This document shows, one piece after another, positions 33,955 through 42,675 of a stretch of 64,000 nucleotides of DNA. Under the pieces are notes generated by a model that was not told the DNA's origin, ran no database searches, and saw only the letters and a list, made by a program, of their open reading frames with translations. Positions within the stretch are counted from its first letter, which is position 1; each line of letters opens with the position of its first letter. Position numbers and translations under genes: made by a program. This stretch comes from an uncultured Actinomycetota bacterium (lineage in GTDB: Bacteria; Actinomycetota; Actinomycetes; Mycobacteriales; CADCTP01), in assembly GCA_963766325.1 (NCBI GenBank), contig CAVXZF010000007.1:935794-999793 (forward strand), in the 5' to 3' direction.

Positions 33955-34999
33955 CAGGGCCTCCTCGCTGAGGGTCGGGCAGGAAGGGGGTGGTGCCGGC
34001 CGCGGGCGTCGAGGGGGGCTCGACGACCTCGACCAGCCGCCGGTGGAGCCGGCGGAGCAGCCCGGCGGCACCGCCGGGCAGCAGGTAGATGACCACGATC
34101 AGCGCGCCGCCGTAGATGACCCCGGTGAGCGCCTGGTTGACGTCGCCGGCGTACTGCGGCACGAAGACCACGAACAGCGCGCCGAGCACGGCGCCGGCGA
34201 CCGAGCCGAGACCGCCGACCACGATCGCGCCGAGGAAGGCGAAGGACAGCGCCAGCGTGAAGGACTCCGGCGCGACGAAGCCGAGCGCGTACGCGAACAG
34301 CGCGCCGCCGACCCCGGCGAAGGCGGCGCTCCAGGCGAACAGCAGCGCCTTGGTCCGGGCCGCGTCCACGCCGTAGGTCCGCGCGGCCCGCTCGCCGTCC
34401 CGGATGGCGACCAGGGTGCGGCCCAGGCTGCCGCGGGTGAGGTTGGCCGCCAGCAGCAGCATCAGCGCCGTGACGGCCAGGCAGATCAGGTAGAGCCACT
34501 GGTCCACGTCGACGGCCAGCCAGGACGGCACCGGCGGCTGCGGCACCGCCAGCCCGGACACGCCGCCGGTGAGCGGCTCCGCCCGCTTGATCACCGGGCC
34601 GGCGGCGACCGCGAGGGCGAGCGTGACGAGCGCCAGGTAGAGCCCGCGCAGCCGCAGCGCCGGCACCCCGAAGGCGAGCCCGAGCAGGAAGCCGGCCACG
34701 CCCGCGGCCGGCACCGCCAGCGGCCACGGCAGGTCGGTCTTGGCCAGCAGTGCGCCGGCCGTGTACGCCCCCACCGCGAAGAAGGCGCCGTGCCCGAGCG
34801 AGATCTGCCCGCCGTAGCCGACCAGCAGGTTGAGCCCGAGCGCGGCCACCGCGTAGACCATGACCAGGGTCAGATCGCCGTTGAGCACCGGGCTGCTGTT
34901 GAACGGGAGCGCCACCGCGGCCACGACCGCGAGCAGCAGCCCGCCGGCCCGCAGCAGCCGGTGCGCCCGCGACCCGGCGGTGACCCTGACCAGGCTCAT
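33887..34999 (-). CDS. branched-chain amino acid ABC transporter permease (LivM-like)
   Basis: ATG at 34999 overlaps the upstream stop (ATGA). LNLLVGYGGQISLGHGAFFAVGAY. The C-terminal tail overlaps the SBP start by 68 nt. Confidence 0.85.
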   Translation of the reverse strand: MSLVRVTAGSRAHRLLRAGGLLLAVVAAVALPFNSSPVLNGDLTLVMVYAVAALGLNLLVGYGGQISLGHGAFFAVGAYTAGALLAKTDLPWPLAVPAAGVAGFLLGLAFGVPALRLRGLYLALVTLALAVAAGPVIKRAEPLTGGVSGLAVPQPPVPSWLAVDVDQWLYLICLAVTALMLLLAANLTRGSLGRTLVAIRDGERAARTYGVDAARTKALLFAWSAAFAGVGGALFAYALGFVAPESFTLALSFAFLGAIVVGGLGSVAGAVLGALFVVFVPQYAGDVNQALTGVIYGGALIVVIYLLPGGAAGLLRRLHRRLVEVVEPPSTPAAGTTPFLPDPQRGGPDVVPTSDTPAGRTGAAGRGLRP

Positions 35000-35877
35000 G
35001 CCCTGGTCACCTCCGGCGAGCCGAAGAGTCCCGCCGGGCGCACCAGCAGCACTCCGAAGATGATCGCCAGCGGCACCAGCACCTTGAGGTCGGAGCCGAT
35101 CGCGTCGACGTACGTCCCGGCCAGCCCCTCGGTGATGCCGATGATCCAGCTGCCGACGACCGCGCCGATCGGCGAGTCGAAGCCGCCGAGGGCGGCGCCG
35201 GCGAAGGAGTAGACCAGGACGCCGGCCATCATGTTGGTGTCCAGGAACAGCCGCGGCGCGACCAGCACGCCGGCGACCGCGCCGAGCAGCGCGGCCAGCC
35301 CCCAGCCGAGCATGAGCATCCGCCCGACCGGGATGCCGACCAGCCGGGCCGACGCCGGGTTCTGGGCCGCCGCCCGCATGCTCAGCCCGATCGAGGTGTG
35401 GCTGAACAGCGCCCACAGCAGCGTCACCACGACCAGCAGCACGGCGATGATGCCGAGCGACTCGACCGACAGCGAGACGCCGCCGACCCCGACCGTCCGG
35501 TTCGGGAAGATCTCCGGGAAGTCCTTGAGGGTGAAGCCCCAGATCCAGCCGGCGGTCGCGTTGACCACGATGAACAGGCCGAGCGTGACGATCACCAGGG
35601 ACAGCGGGTTGCCGCCCTCCACCGGGCGGATCAGCACCCGCTCGACCAGCATGCCGCCGGCGAAGGAGAACGCGAAGGCGCCGAGCAGGCCCAGCCACAG
35701 CGGCGCCCCGCCCTGCACCAGCGCCCAGGCCACGAAGGTGGAGAACATCGCCATCTCGCCCTGGGCGAAGTTGACCACCCCGGTGGACCGGAAGATCAGC
35801 ACCAGCGCGAGCGCGAGCGTCGCGTAGATCGAGCCGTCGGCGATCCCGTCGACGACCACCTGCAGGAAGCGTTCCAC
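34996..35877 (-). CDS. branched-chain amino acid ABC transporter permease (LivH-like)
   Basis: GTG at 35877 with an AGGAG RBS. VERFLQVVVDGIADGSIYATLALALVLIFRSTGVVNFAQGEMAMF. Confidence 0.88.
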   Translation of the reverse strand: MERFLQVVVDGIADGSIYATLALALVLIFRSTGVVNFAQGEMAMFSTFVAWALVQGGAPLWLGLLGAFAFSFAGGMLVERVLIRPVEGGNPLSLVIVTLGLFIVVNATAGWIWGFTLKDFPEIFPNRTVGVGGVSLSVESLGIIAVLLVVVTLLWALFSHTSIGLSMRAAAQNPASARLVGIPVGRMLMLGWGLAALLGAVAGVLVAPRLFLDTNMMAGVLVYSFAGAALGGFDSPIGAVVGSWIIGITEGLAGTYVDAIGSDLKVLVPLAIIFGVLLVRPAGLFGSPEVTRA

Positions 35878-35884
35878 GGTGCTC

Positions 35885-36613
35885 CTAATAGCCCAGGTAG
35901 ACGCGGCGGACGGACTCGTCGGCGCGGACGTCGGCGGCCGGCCCGGACAGCACCGTCCGGCCGGCCTCCAGCACGTACGCGGTGTCGGCCAGCTCGAGGG
36001 CCAGCGTCGCGTTCTGCTCGACCAGCAGCATGCTGGTGCCCTGCTCGGCCTTGACCCGGCCCAGCACGGCGAACAGCTCCCGGGTGACCCGCGGCGCAAG
36101 CCCGAGCGACGGCTCGTCGAGCAGCAGCAGCGACGGCCGGGACAGCAGCGCCCGGGCGATGGCAAGCATCTGCTGCTCGCCGCCGGACAGGCTGCCGGCG
36201 GCCTGGCCGCGCCGCTCGGCCAGCCGCGGGAAGACCTCGTACCAGGAGTCCAGGTCGGACCGCAGCGCGGCGGCGTCGCGGCGGCCGTAGCCGCCGAGCC
36301 GCAGGTTTTCCTCCACCGTGAGGTGGGCGAAGGTGCCGCGGCCCTCCGGCACGTGCGCGACCCCGCGCCGGACCACCTTCTCGGTGGCCAGCCCGGTCAG
36401 GTCGCGGCCGGCGAAGGTGATCCGGCCGGTGGTGCGGACCATCCCGCAGACCGCCCGCAGGGTGGTCGTCTTGCCGGCCCCGTTGGGCCCGAGCAGGGCG
36501 ACCACCTGACCGTCGCCGACGGTCAGGTCGACCCCGTGCAGGGCGCGGACCGGCCCGTACGACGCCGTCAGCCCCTCGATCTCCAGCAGACCGCGCTCCG
36601 TCCCCTCGCTCAT
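35885..36613 (-). CDS. ABC transporter ATP-binding protein (LivF-like)
   Basis: 242 aa. Walker A GPNGAGKTT, signature LSGGEQQML, Walker B LLLLDEPS. Confidence 0.92.
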   Translation of the reverse strand: MSEGTERGLLEIEGLTASYGPVRALHGVDLTVGDGQVVALLGPNGAGKTTTLRAVCGMVRTTGRITFAGRDLTGLATEKVVRRGVAHVPEGRGTFAHLTVEENLRLGGYGRRDAAALRSDLDSWYEVFPRLAERRGQAAGSLSGGEQQMLAIARALLSRPSLLLLDEPSLGLAPRVTRELFAVLGRVKAEQGTSMLLVEQNATLALELADTAYVLEAGRTVLSGPAADVRADESVRRVYLGY

Positions 36614-37404
36614 GTGGCGGCCCCGAGGTAGGCCTCCAGCACGGCCGGGTCCTCGCGCACCTCGGCCGGGGTGCCGGTCGCGATCACCCGGCCGAAGTCG
36701 AGCACCACCACGGTGTCGGACAGCCGCATCACCATGCCCATGTGGTGCTCGACCAGCAGCACGGTCAGGTCGCCGTCCCGGCGGATGTCCTCGACCAGCT
36801 CGGCCAGCTCGTCGACCTCGCCGTGGGACAGCCCGCTGGCCGGCTCGTCCAGCATCAGCAGGGACGGCCCGGCGGCCAGCGCGCGGGCCAGCTCGATCCG
36901 CTTGAGCGTCCCGTACGGCAGGCCGGCCGCGGGGTGGGTGGCGAGCGGGCCCAGCCCGAGCCGGTCCAGCACCTCGTCCGCGCGCCGGCGCAGCGCCCGC
37001 TCCTCGGTCCGGACCAGCGGCAGCCGCAGCGCGCTGGCAGCGAAGCCGACCCGCCTTCTCTGCTGGCCTTCCGACCCGCCCACCCCCGCCGTGGCGCCGA
37101 GCATGACGTTGTCCCGGACGCTCAGCGTCGAGACCAGCCCCAGGTGCTGGAACGTGCGGGCCACCCCGAGCGCGGCCACCTGGTGGGGGTGCAGCGCGAG
37201 CAGGTCGCGGCCGGCCAGCTCGATTGAGCCGGCCTGCGGCCGGGTAAGCCTGCTCACACAGTCGAAGAGCGTCGTCTTGCCGGCGCCGTTGGGCCCGATC
37301 AGCCCGCAGACCTCGCCGGCCGGCACGGCGAAGGACACCCCGTCGAGCGCCGTCACGCCCCCGAAGCGGACGGTGAGGTCACGCACCGCCAGCAGGGCCG
37401 TCAC
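36610..37404 (-). CDS. ABC transporter ATP-binding protein (LivG-like)
   Basis: 264 aa. GPNGAGKTTLF, LPYGTLKRIELARAL, LLMLDEPASGL. 4-nt overlap with the next gene. Confidence 0.92.
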   Translation of the reverse strand: MTALLAVRDLTVRFGGVTALDGVSFAVPAGEVCGLIGPNGAGKTTLFDCVSRLTRPQAGSIELAGRDLLALHPHQVAALGVARTFQHLGLVSTLSVRDNVMLGATAGVGGSEGQQRRRVGFAASALRLPLVRTEERALRRRADEVLDRLGLGPLATHPAAGLPYGTLKRIELARALAAGPSLLMLDEPASGLSHGEVDELAELVEDIRRDGDLTVLLVEHHMGMVMRLSDTVVVLDFGRVIATGTPAEVREDPAVLEAYLGAAT

Positions 37405-37544
37405 GGCGCCGCCCTACCCGACAGCGCTGGATCGTCCATCCGGCTCACCGTAGGGGTCCCCGCCGGCCGGCGTCCTCGGTGCCCGGCACCAATCTTCTAA
37501 CGGTTGTAGTTGTCGTCGGCATCCAAGTCGTGGTCACCTGGGCC

Positions 37545-38804
37545 ATGGCCGGGGTGCTCGCGCGGGTCGCGGATGCGGACGAAGTCCGCTCCGAGCGACT
37601 GCGCATCCTGGCCACGCTGCTGGCCGACGTCGAGCAGATCGCCGAGCGGGCGGTCGCCCGGATGCCCCGGGAGATCCCGGCCTACGCGGCCCAGGACCCG
37701 GAGTTCTTCGCCGACGTGCGCTACCAGGTGGTCCGGCACTACCGGGTCAAGCTCGACTCGCTGCTGACCGAGCGGCCGATCGGCCCGGGCGGCATGCCGT
37801 TCGTGCGGCCGGCGGCGATGCGGCGGGCCGCGGCCGGGCTGTCCCTGGAGGACTACCTGTGCGCGTTCCGGATCGGGCAGCAGGTCTTCTGGGAGGGGCT
37901 GCTGGAGCGGGCCGGCGACTCCCCGCTCGGTCATGAGGCAGCGCTGTCGCTGGCCACCCCGGTGATGCGGTACGCGGACTACGCGGCCACCCATGCCAGC
38001 CGGGTGTACGTCGAGCTCCAGCAGCAGCAGGTCGCCGACGCCGACCGGGTCCGCCGCGACCTGCTGGAGCACCTGCTCGCCGGCGAGGTGCCGACCCGGC
38101 GTGCGCTGCTGGCCACCGCGCAGGCGTACGGGCTGGTCGCCGACCGGCCCCTGCTGCTCGCCACGGTCGCGCCGGCCGCGATGGACGCGGACGTGCCGGC
38201 GCAGGCCACCGACGAGCTGGCCCGCCTCGACGGGCCGTGCGGGCGGGCGCTGGTGGTGAGCCGGCAGACCGAGCTGGTGCTGGTCACCGCGCTGCGGACG
38301 GCCTCCGATGCCGGCGCGGTGTGTGACCGGCTGGCCGAGGTGCAGGCCAGGTTGCGGGCGGAGGGCCTGCCGCTGGCGGTCGGCGTGGGCACGGTGGCGG
38401 CGGGGGTGGGCGAGCTGCCCCGGGCGTACCAGGAGGCGACGGCGGCGCTGGCCGACGTGGCGGTGCCCGGCGGGGTGGTGGCGCTGCCCCGGCTGTCCGC
38501 GTTCGACTACCTGACCCGGCGGGCCGACGACACCTCCCGCCGGCTGGTCGACCCGCGGCTGCGGGCCTTCCTGGCCGAGGACCGCGCCCGCGGCGGCACG
38601 CTGGTGGAGACCACGCGGGCGTTCGCCGCCGCCGACCTCAACCTCAAGGTGGCCGCGGGGCGGCTGCGGGTGCACACCAACACCGCGCAGTACCGACTGC
38701 GGAAGGTCGAGGAGCGCACCGGCCGTAACCCGCGCCGCATCGCCGACCTGCTCGACCTGCTGGTCGCGATCGCTTTGGTAGACCTACCGGATGCCGATGA
38801 CTGA
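37545..38804 (+). CDS. PucR-family transcriptional regulator
   Basis: C-terminal HTH LNLKVAAGRLRVHTNTAQYRLRKVEERTGRNPR (PucR C-terminal HTH). The start is uncertain: the track start GTG at 37479 lies in an AT-richer, promoter-like stretch, so ATG 37545 is chosen. Confidence 0.78.
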   Translation: MAGVLARVADADEVRSERLRILATLLADVEQIAERAVARMPREIPAYAAQDPEFFADVRYQVVRHYRVKLDSLLTERPIGPGGMPFVRPAAMRRAAAGLSLEDYLCAFRIGQQVFWEGLLERAGDSPLGHEAALSLATPVMRYADYAATHASRVYVELQQQQVADADRVRRDLLEHLLAGEVPTRRALLATAQAYGLVADRPLLLATVAPAAMDADVPAQATDELARLDGPCGRALVVSRQTELVLVTALRTASDAGAVCDRLAEVQARLRAEGLPLAVGVGTVAAGVGELPRAYQEATAALADVAVPGGVVALPRLSAFDYLTRRADDTSRRLVDPRLRAFLAEDRARGGTLVETTRAFAAADLNLKVAAGRLRVHTNTAQYRLRKVEERTGRNPRRIADLLDLLVAIALVDLPDADD

Positions 38805-39891
38805 GCCGGTCCGGGCCGCGGTGCTGCACGAGGTGGGCGCGCCGCCGCGGGTGCAGGAGGTGTCGCTGGACGAGCCCGGTCCAGGGCAGGTGCGGGTCCG
38901 GATCGCCGCCGCCGGGGTGTGCCACTCCGACCTGTCGCTGGCCCGCGGCACCCTGAAGATCCCGGCCCTGCCCGCGGTGCTCGGGCACGAGGGCGCCGGG
39001 CACGTGGTCTCCACCGGGCCGGACGTCACCGGCCTGGCTCCCGGCGACCCGGTGGTGCTCAACTGGTCGCCGTCCTGCGGGGCCTGCTGGTTCTGCCGGC
39101 ACGGCGAGCCCTACCTGTGCGAGCACGGCGACGACGCCACCCGCCGGCCGTACGGGCAGCTGGCCGACGGCACCCCGGTCTTCCCGAGCCTGAGCACCGG
39201 GGCCTTCGCCACCGAGACCGTGGTCTCCGCCCGGGCCTGCATCCCGCTGCCGGCCGACCTGCCGATGGCCCAGGCGGCGCTGCTCGGCTGCGCGGTGCTC
39301 ACCGGGGTCGGCGCGGTGCTCAACGCGGCCCGGGTCCGGCCCGGCGAGTCTGTCGTCGTCTTCGGGCTCGGCGGGGTCGGGCTGAGCGCGCTGCAGGGCG
39401 CCCGGCTGGCCGGCGCCGACCCGATCGTCGCGGTCGACCCGGCCGAGTCGCGCTGGGAGCTGGCCCGGACGCTGGGCGCCACCGAGGTGCTGCCGCCCGG
39501 CCGCGAGCTGGCCCGCACGGTGCGCGGGCTGACCGGCGGCCGCGGCGCCGACGTCGCGGTGGAGTGCGTCGGGCGGGCCGAGACAATGCGGGCGGCCTGG
39601 TCGGCGACCCGCCGCGGCGGCCGCGCGATCGTGGTCGGGATGGGCTCGCCGGACGACGAGCTGCGGCTGAACGCGCTGGAGATCCCGTTCTTCGCCCGCA
39701 CGCTCGCCGGCTGCATGTACGGCAGCAGCGACCCGGCCACGGACGTGCCGGTGCTGCTCGAGCACGTCCGGGCCGGCCGGCTCGACCTGGCCCCGCTGGT
39801 CACCGAGACGGTGCCGCTGGACGGGGTGGCGGACGCCTTCGCCGACCTGGAGGCCCGCCGCGGCGCCCGCACCGTGGTGCTGCCCGGCTGA
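38791..39891 (+). CDS. zinc-dependent alcohol dehydrogenase family oxidoreductase
   Basis: 366 aa. GVCHSDL, GHEGAGHVV, structural-zinc Cys cluster CGACWFCRHGEPYLC, and a Rossmann VVVFGLGGVGLSA. Confidence 0.9.
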   Translation: MPMTEPVRAAVLHEVGAPPRVQEVSLDEPGPGQVRVRIAAAGVCHSDLSLARGTLKIPALPAVLGHEGAGHVVSTGPDVTGLAPGDPVVLNWSPSCGACWFCRHGEPYLCEHGDDATRRPYGQLADGTPVFPSLSTGAFATETVVSARACIPLPADLPMAQAALLGCAVLTGVGAVLNAARVRPGESVVVFGLGGVGLSALQGARLAGADPIVAVDPAESRWELARTLGATEVLPPGRELARTVRGLTGGRGADVAVECVGRAETMRAAWSATRRGGRAIVVGMGSPDDELRLNALEIPFFARTLAGCMYGSSDPATDVPVLLEHVRAGRLDLAPLVTETVPLDGVADAFADLEARRGARTVVLPG

Positions 39892-39894
39892 CCC

Positions 39895-41257
39895 CTAGTC
39901 CGCCCGGTGGCGCGACGCGCCGATGACCTGCCAGACCGCGTCGGCCAGCGCCGGATGGCAGATGTCACTGTGCGCGCCGGAGGGGCCGGAGCCTTCCCGG
40001 ACGACCCCCGCCGCGTCGAGGTTCAGGACGACGCCCGGCCGGAGCTCGAGTGGCTTGCCTTCCACCGGGAGGACGTCGTCGGCCACCGCCACGCCGGGCC
40101 CGCGGACCCCCCAGACGCCGATGCCGCCGAACGTCGGCAGCTGGCCGGGACCGAAGTCGACCTGGTTCCGCAGGCCGGCCCCGATCGGATAGAACGCCCG
40201 GACCGCGCGGTCGTGCAACGACGTCGTCACGAGGACGGACCCGGTCACGAGGCCGTCGGCGACCAGCCGGTGGAAGTAGCCCGAGCGTCCCGGCCGGGAC
40301 GGGATCGACGCGCAGAAGGACCACAGCGACATCGCTCCCTGCACGAGCACCAGCGACGCGACCGGCACCGGTGCGATCCGGGCCGCCGGCCGCCCGGCCA
40401 CGGCGGCGGAGACGACGATGCAGCCGAAGCTGTGCCCCATCAGGTGGAGGCGCGCGCCGGGCGCCTCCCGCCGGAGGCTGCGGAGCAGCTCCGCGACCCC
40501 CGCTCTCCCCGACGATCCGGGCCCGGCGCTTCATCTGCCAGAAGGTGAACATCCGCAGCGGCGCCAGCAGGCCTCCGAGCGAGCCGCCGCCGTACGACAC
40601 GATCTCCTCGAGCTGGAACGCGCGGTAGACCTCATCCGCGTCGAAGGGAACCCGGTCGTCCCCCGGCGCCTCGCCCTCGCCGCCGGCGCCCAGCCCGAGC
40701 TCGGCGTCGATCGTCCGGTACGCCCGGCGCACCGGCTCCGGCAGGCGCCGCGGTGCGGCGTCGTCGAGCGCCGCGAGCACCACCGTCCGGACCGCCTCCC
40801 GGATCGCCGGGGAGTCGCCGAGCCGCTCGGCGTACCGGGCGACGAGCGCTTCGACCTCGTCCTGCGGGGCCGGCGGCGCGGGCGGCGGCGCCGCCGATGT
40901 CTCGGCCGTGAAGGAGGACGGCCCCAGCTCCTCGTCCCCCCACGCCTTGCTCGGCCAGTGCACCCCGACCAGCAGGGTCCGGAACTCCCCCGGCCGCTCG
41001 TCCGGTCGCTCCCGGGCCTCGCGGGCGGCGAGCATGGCCTCGATCCAGCGGCCGTACTGCTCCCGCGCGGCCGGCACATCGCCCTGCCAGCCGTGACTGA
41101 AGACGATGACGTCGGTGGGGCGGGCGGAGCCGGCCTCCGCGAGGGCACTCGCGGAGGAGGCCTCGCCACCGTCGTCGCGCTCCGTGCCGGACGCGTCGTA
41201 GCTGACGAGGTGGTAGTGGGCGTCGCGGTCGGCCACGGTCTCCAGGGCCACGGTCAC
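39895..41257 (-). pseudogene. alpha/beta-hydrolase (GHSFG serine nucleophile), last gene of the CHAT-SIR2 operon; reading frame broken at the C5 run 40497-40501
   Basis: Frame A runs from the GTG at 41257: VTVALETVADRDAHYHLVSY...VIVFSHGWQGDV...MFTFWQMKRRARIVGESG. Frame B continues VAELLRSLRREAPGARLHLMGHSFGCIVV...SLHDRAV...GAHSDICH (Ser-Asp-His order). Deleting one C in the run restores a single ~453-aa ORF. This could equally be a homopolymer sequencing error. Confidence 0.65.
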
Positions 41258-42672
41258 TCCCCACCGGTGCGGTACGCCCGGACGGCCGGGTCGCCGAGCA
41301 GGACATAGTTGCGGGCGTCGTGGTTGGCGGTCCACAACGCGGCGAGGGTGCGGTCGTCGATGATCCGGCCGAACTTGCGGTACTCCTGCATCCGGCTGGT
41401 CAGCTGGGTGGCGACGGCGGCGTACTTCGAGTTGACGTACTCCAGCGCGTGGCCGATGCGGAGGCCGTCGACCGTCGCTCGCATCGCGCTCGCGATCGCC
41501 GAGATCTGCGGGTCGATGCCGTTCCAGAGGAAGGAGCAGCTGAAGGCGCGGTCGACGTGCCCGACGAAGGCGAGCGCCGCACCGGCCCCGGTGCCCAGCA
41601 GTCGCTGCGGCAGCCGGGCGAGGAAGCCCCGCTCGGCCAGAACGGGATGGTCGTCGAAGTCGGACTCCCGGGGGGTGCCGGCGCCGTAGCAGGAGAAGGA
41701 GAAGACCACCCGCGGTCCGACCGCCCGGTCCGCCGGGATGTCCCGCCCGGCCAGGTAGTGCGTCTCGTCGACCCGTCCACCGCCGAGCAGGGGACCCTGC
41801 CACTCCTGGCAGAGGAGCGCTCCCTGCGCCTCCCGCTGGTCGGGACCGGCGGATCCCACCCCGTGCGTCGCCGTGAAGAGGACGGCCGGCCCGCCCGGCC
41901 CCGTCATCAGCTGCAGCAGCCTCTCCCGGGTCGCGGTGGCACCGACGTCCTGGGTCACCTGGAGGCCGGCGCCGAGGTCGACCAGCTCCTCGGCCAGCGG
42001 CTCGACCAGCCGGGACGCGCTGAGCGCGGTCGCCGTGTCCCCCGGATTGCGGGTGCCGAAAAGGTGGACGCGGCGGGCGGGAGCGTTCACACCCGGCGCC
42101 GCGGGTGCCTCGGGCGCCGCCGGCGCCTCGGCGGCGACGACCGCCGCGGCGTAGGCGGCGTACTCGGCCGGGGTGTCGAAGTGCAGCCGCCCCACCGCGT
42201 GCTCGACGTCGAGCTGGTACTGGAACGGGAAGGGGATCGCGTCGGGATCGCCGACGAGGAGCAGGTAGTACGGCATCCTGCGGGGATCGACCGGCCCGGG
42301 CGCGGTGCCGTGCCGGATCAGGAACGCGTCATCGTCCTCGTCCGGCAACCGGACCAGCTCCCGGTAGCGGTCGCCGGCCTGGGCACGGCGCAGGGTCCGC
42401 AGCGGCTCCAGCGCCGCCAGGATCTCGGGGTCGACGTCGTCGGCGGTGACCAGCGCCCATCCCGCCGAGGCGAGGTCGTCCGGGTCCGCTCCGTACATCA
42501 CCCCCAGGTTGGCCTCGTCGTCGGCGCGGCGGCGCCGAAGCGCATCGGCGTGCCGGCCGGCCGGCGGATGACCGCGCACCGACGCCGCGAGCGTCGCCAC
42601 CGACGAAGCGGGGAAGAGGTAGCCCCCGGTGTCCAGGTCGACCCCGTTGAAGAAGACCAGGTCGTCGGCCAT
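41254..42672 (-). CDS. clan-CD cysteine peptidase-like protein (gingipain C25/caspase-like His-Cys dyad)
   Basis: 472 aa. MPYYLLLVGDPDAIPFPFQ, VLFTATHG (His270) and VVFSFSCYGAG (Cys328) give the His-Gly...Cys order typical of clan CD. Its stop overlaps the next start (GTGA). Confidence 0.6.
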   Translation of the reverse strand: MADDLVFFNGVDLDTGGYLFPASSVATLAASVRGHPPAGRHADALRRRRADDEANLGVMYGADPDDLASAGWALVTADDVDPEILAALEPLRTLRRAQAGDRYRELVRLPDEDDDAFLIRHGTAPGPVDPRRMPYYLLLVGDPDAIPFPFQYQLDVEHAVGRLHFDTPAEYAAYAAAVVAAEAPAAPEAPAAPGVNAPARRVHLFGTRNPGDTATALSASRLVEPLAEELVDLGAGLQVTQDVGATATRERLLQLMTGPGGPAVLFTATHGVGSAGPDQREAQGALLCQEWQGPLLGGGRVDETHYLAGRDIPADRAVGPRVVFSFSCYGAGTPRESDFDDHPVLAERGFLARLPQRLLGTGAGAALAFVGHVDRAFSCSFLWNGIDPQISAIASAMRATVDGLRIGHALEYVNSKYAAVATQLTSRMQEYRKFGRIIDDRTLAALWTANHDARNYVLLGDPAVRAYRTGGE

Positions 42673-42675
42673 CCA

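Noticed and set aside
39965-41803. 612-aa minus-strand ORF
   Set aside because: Its N-terminal part is an out-of-frame overlap with the C25-like gene. Its middle is the genuine N-terminal half of the alpha/beta-hydrolase. Its C-terminal part is post-frameshift read-through (Arg/Pro/Gly-rich). It has been replaced by the frameshifted hydrolase model 39895-41257.
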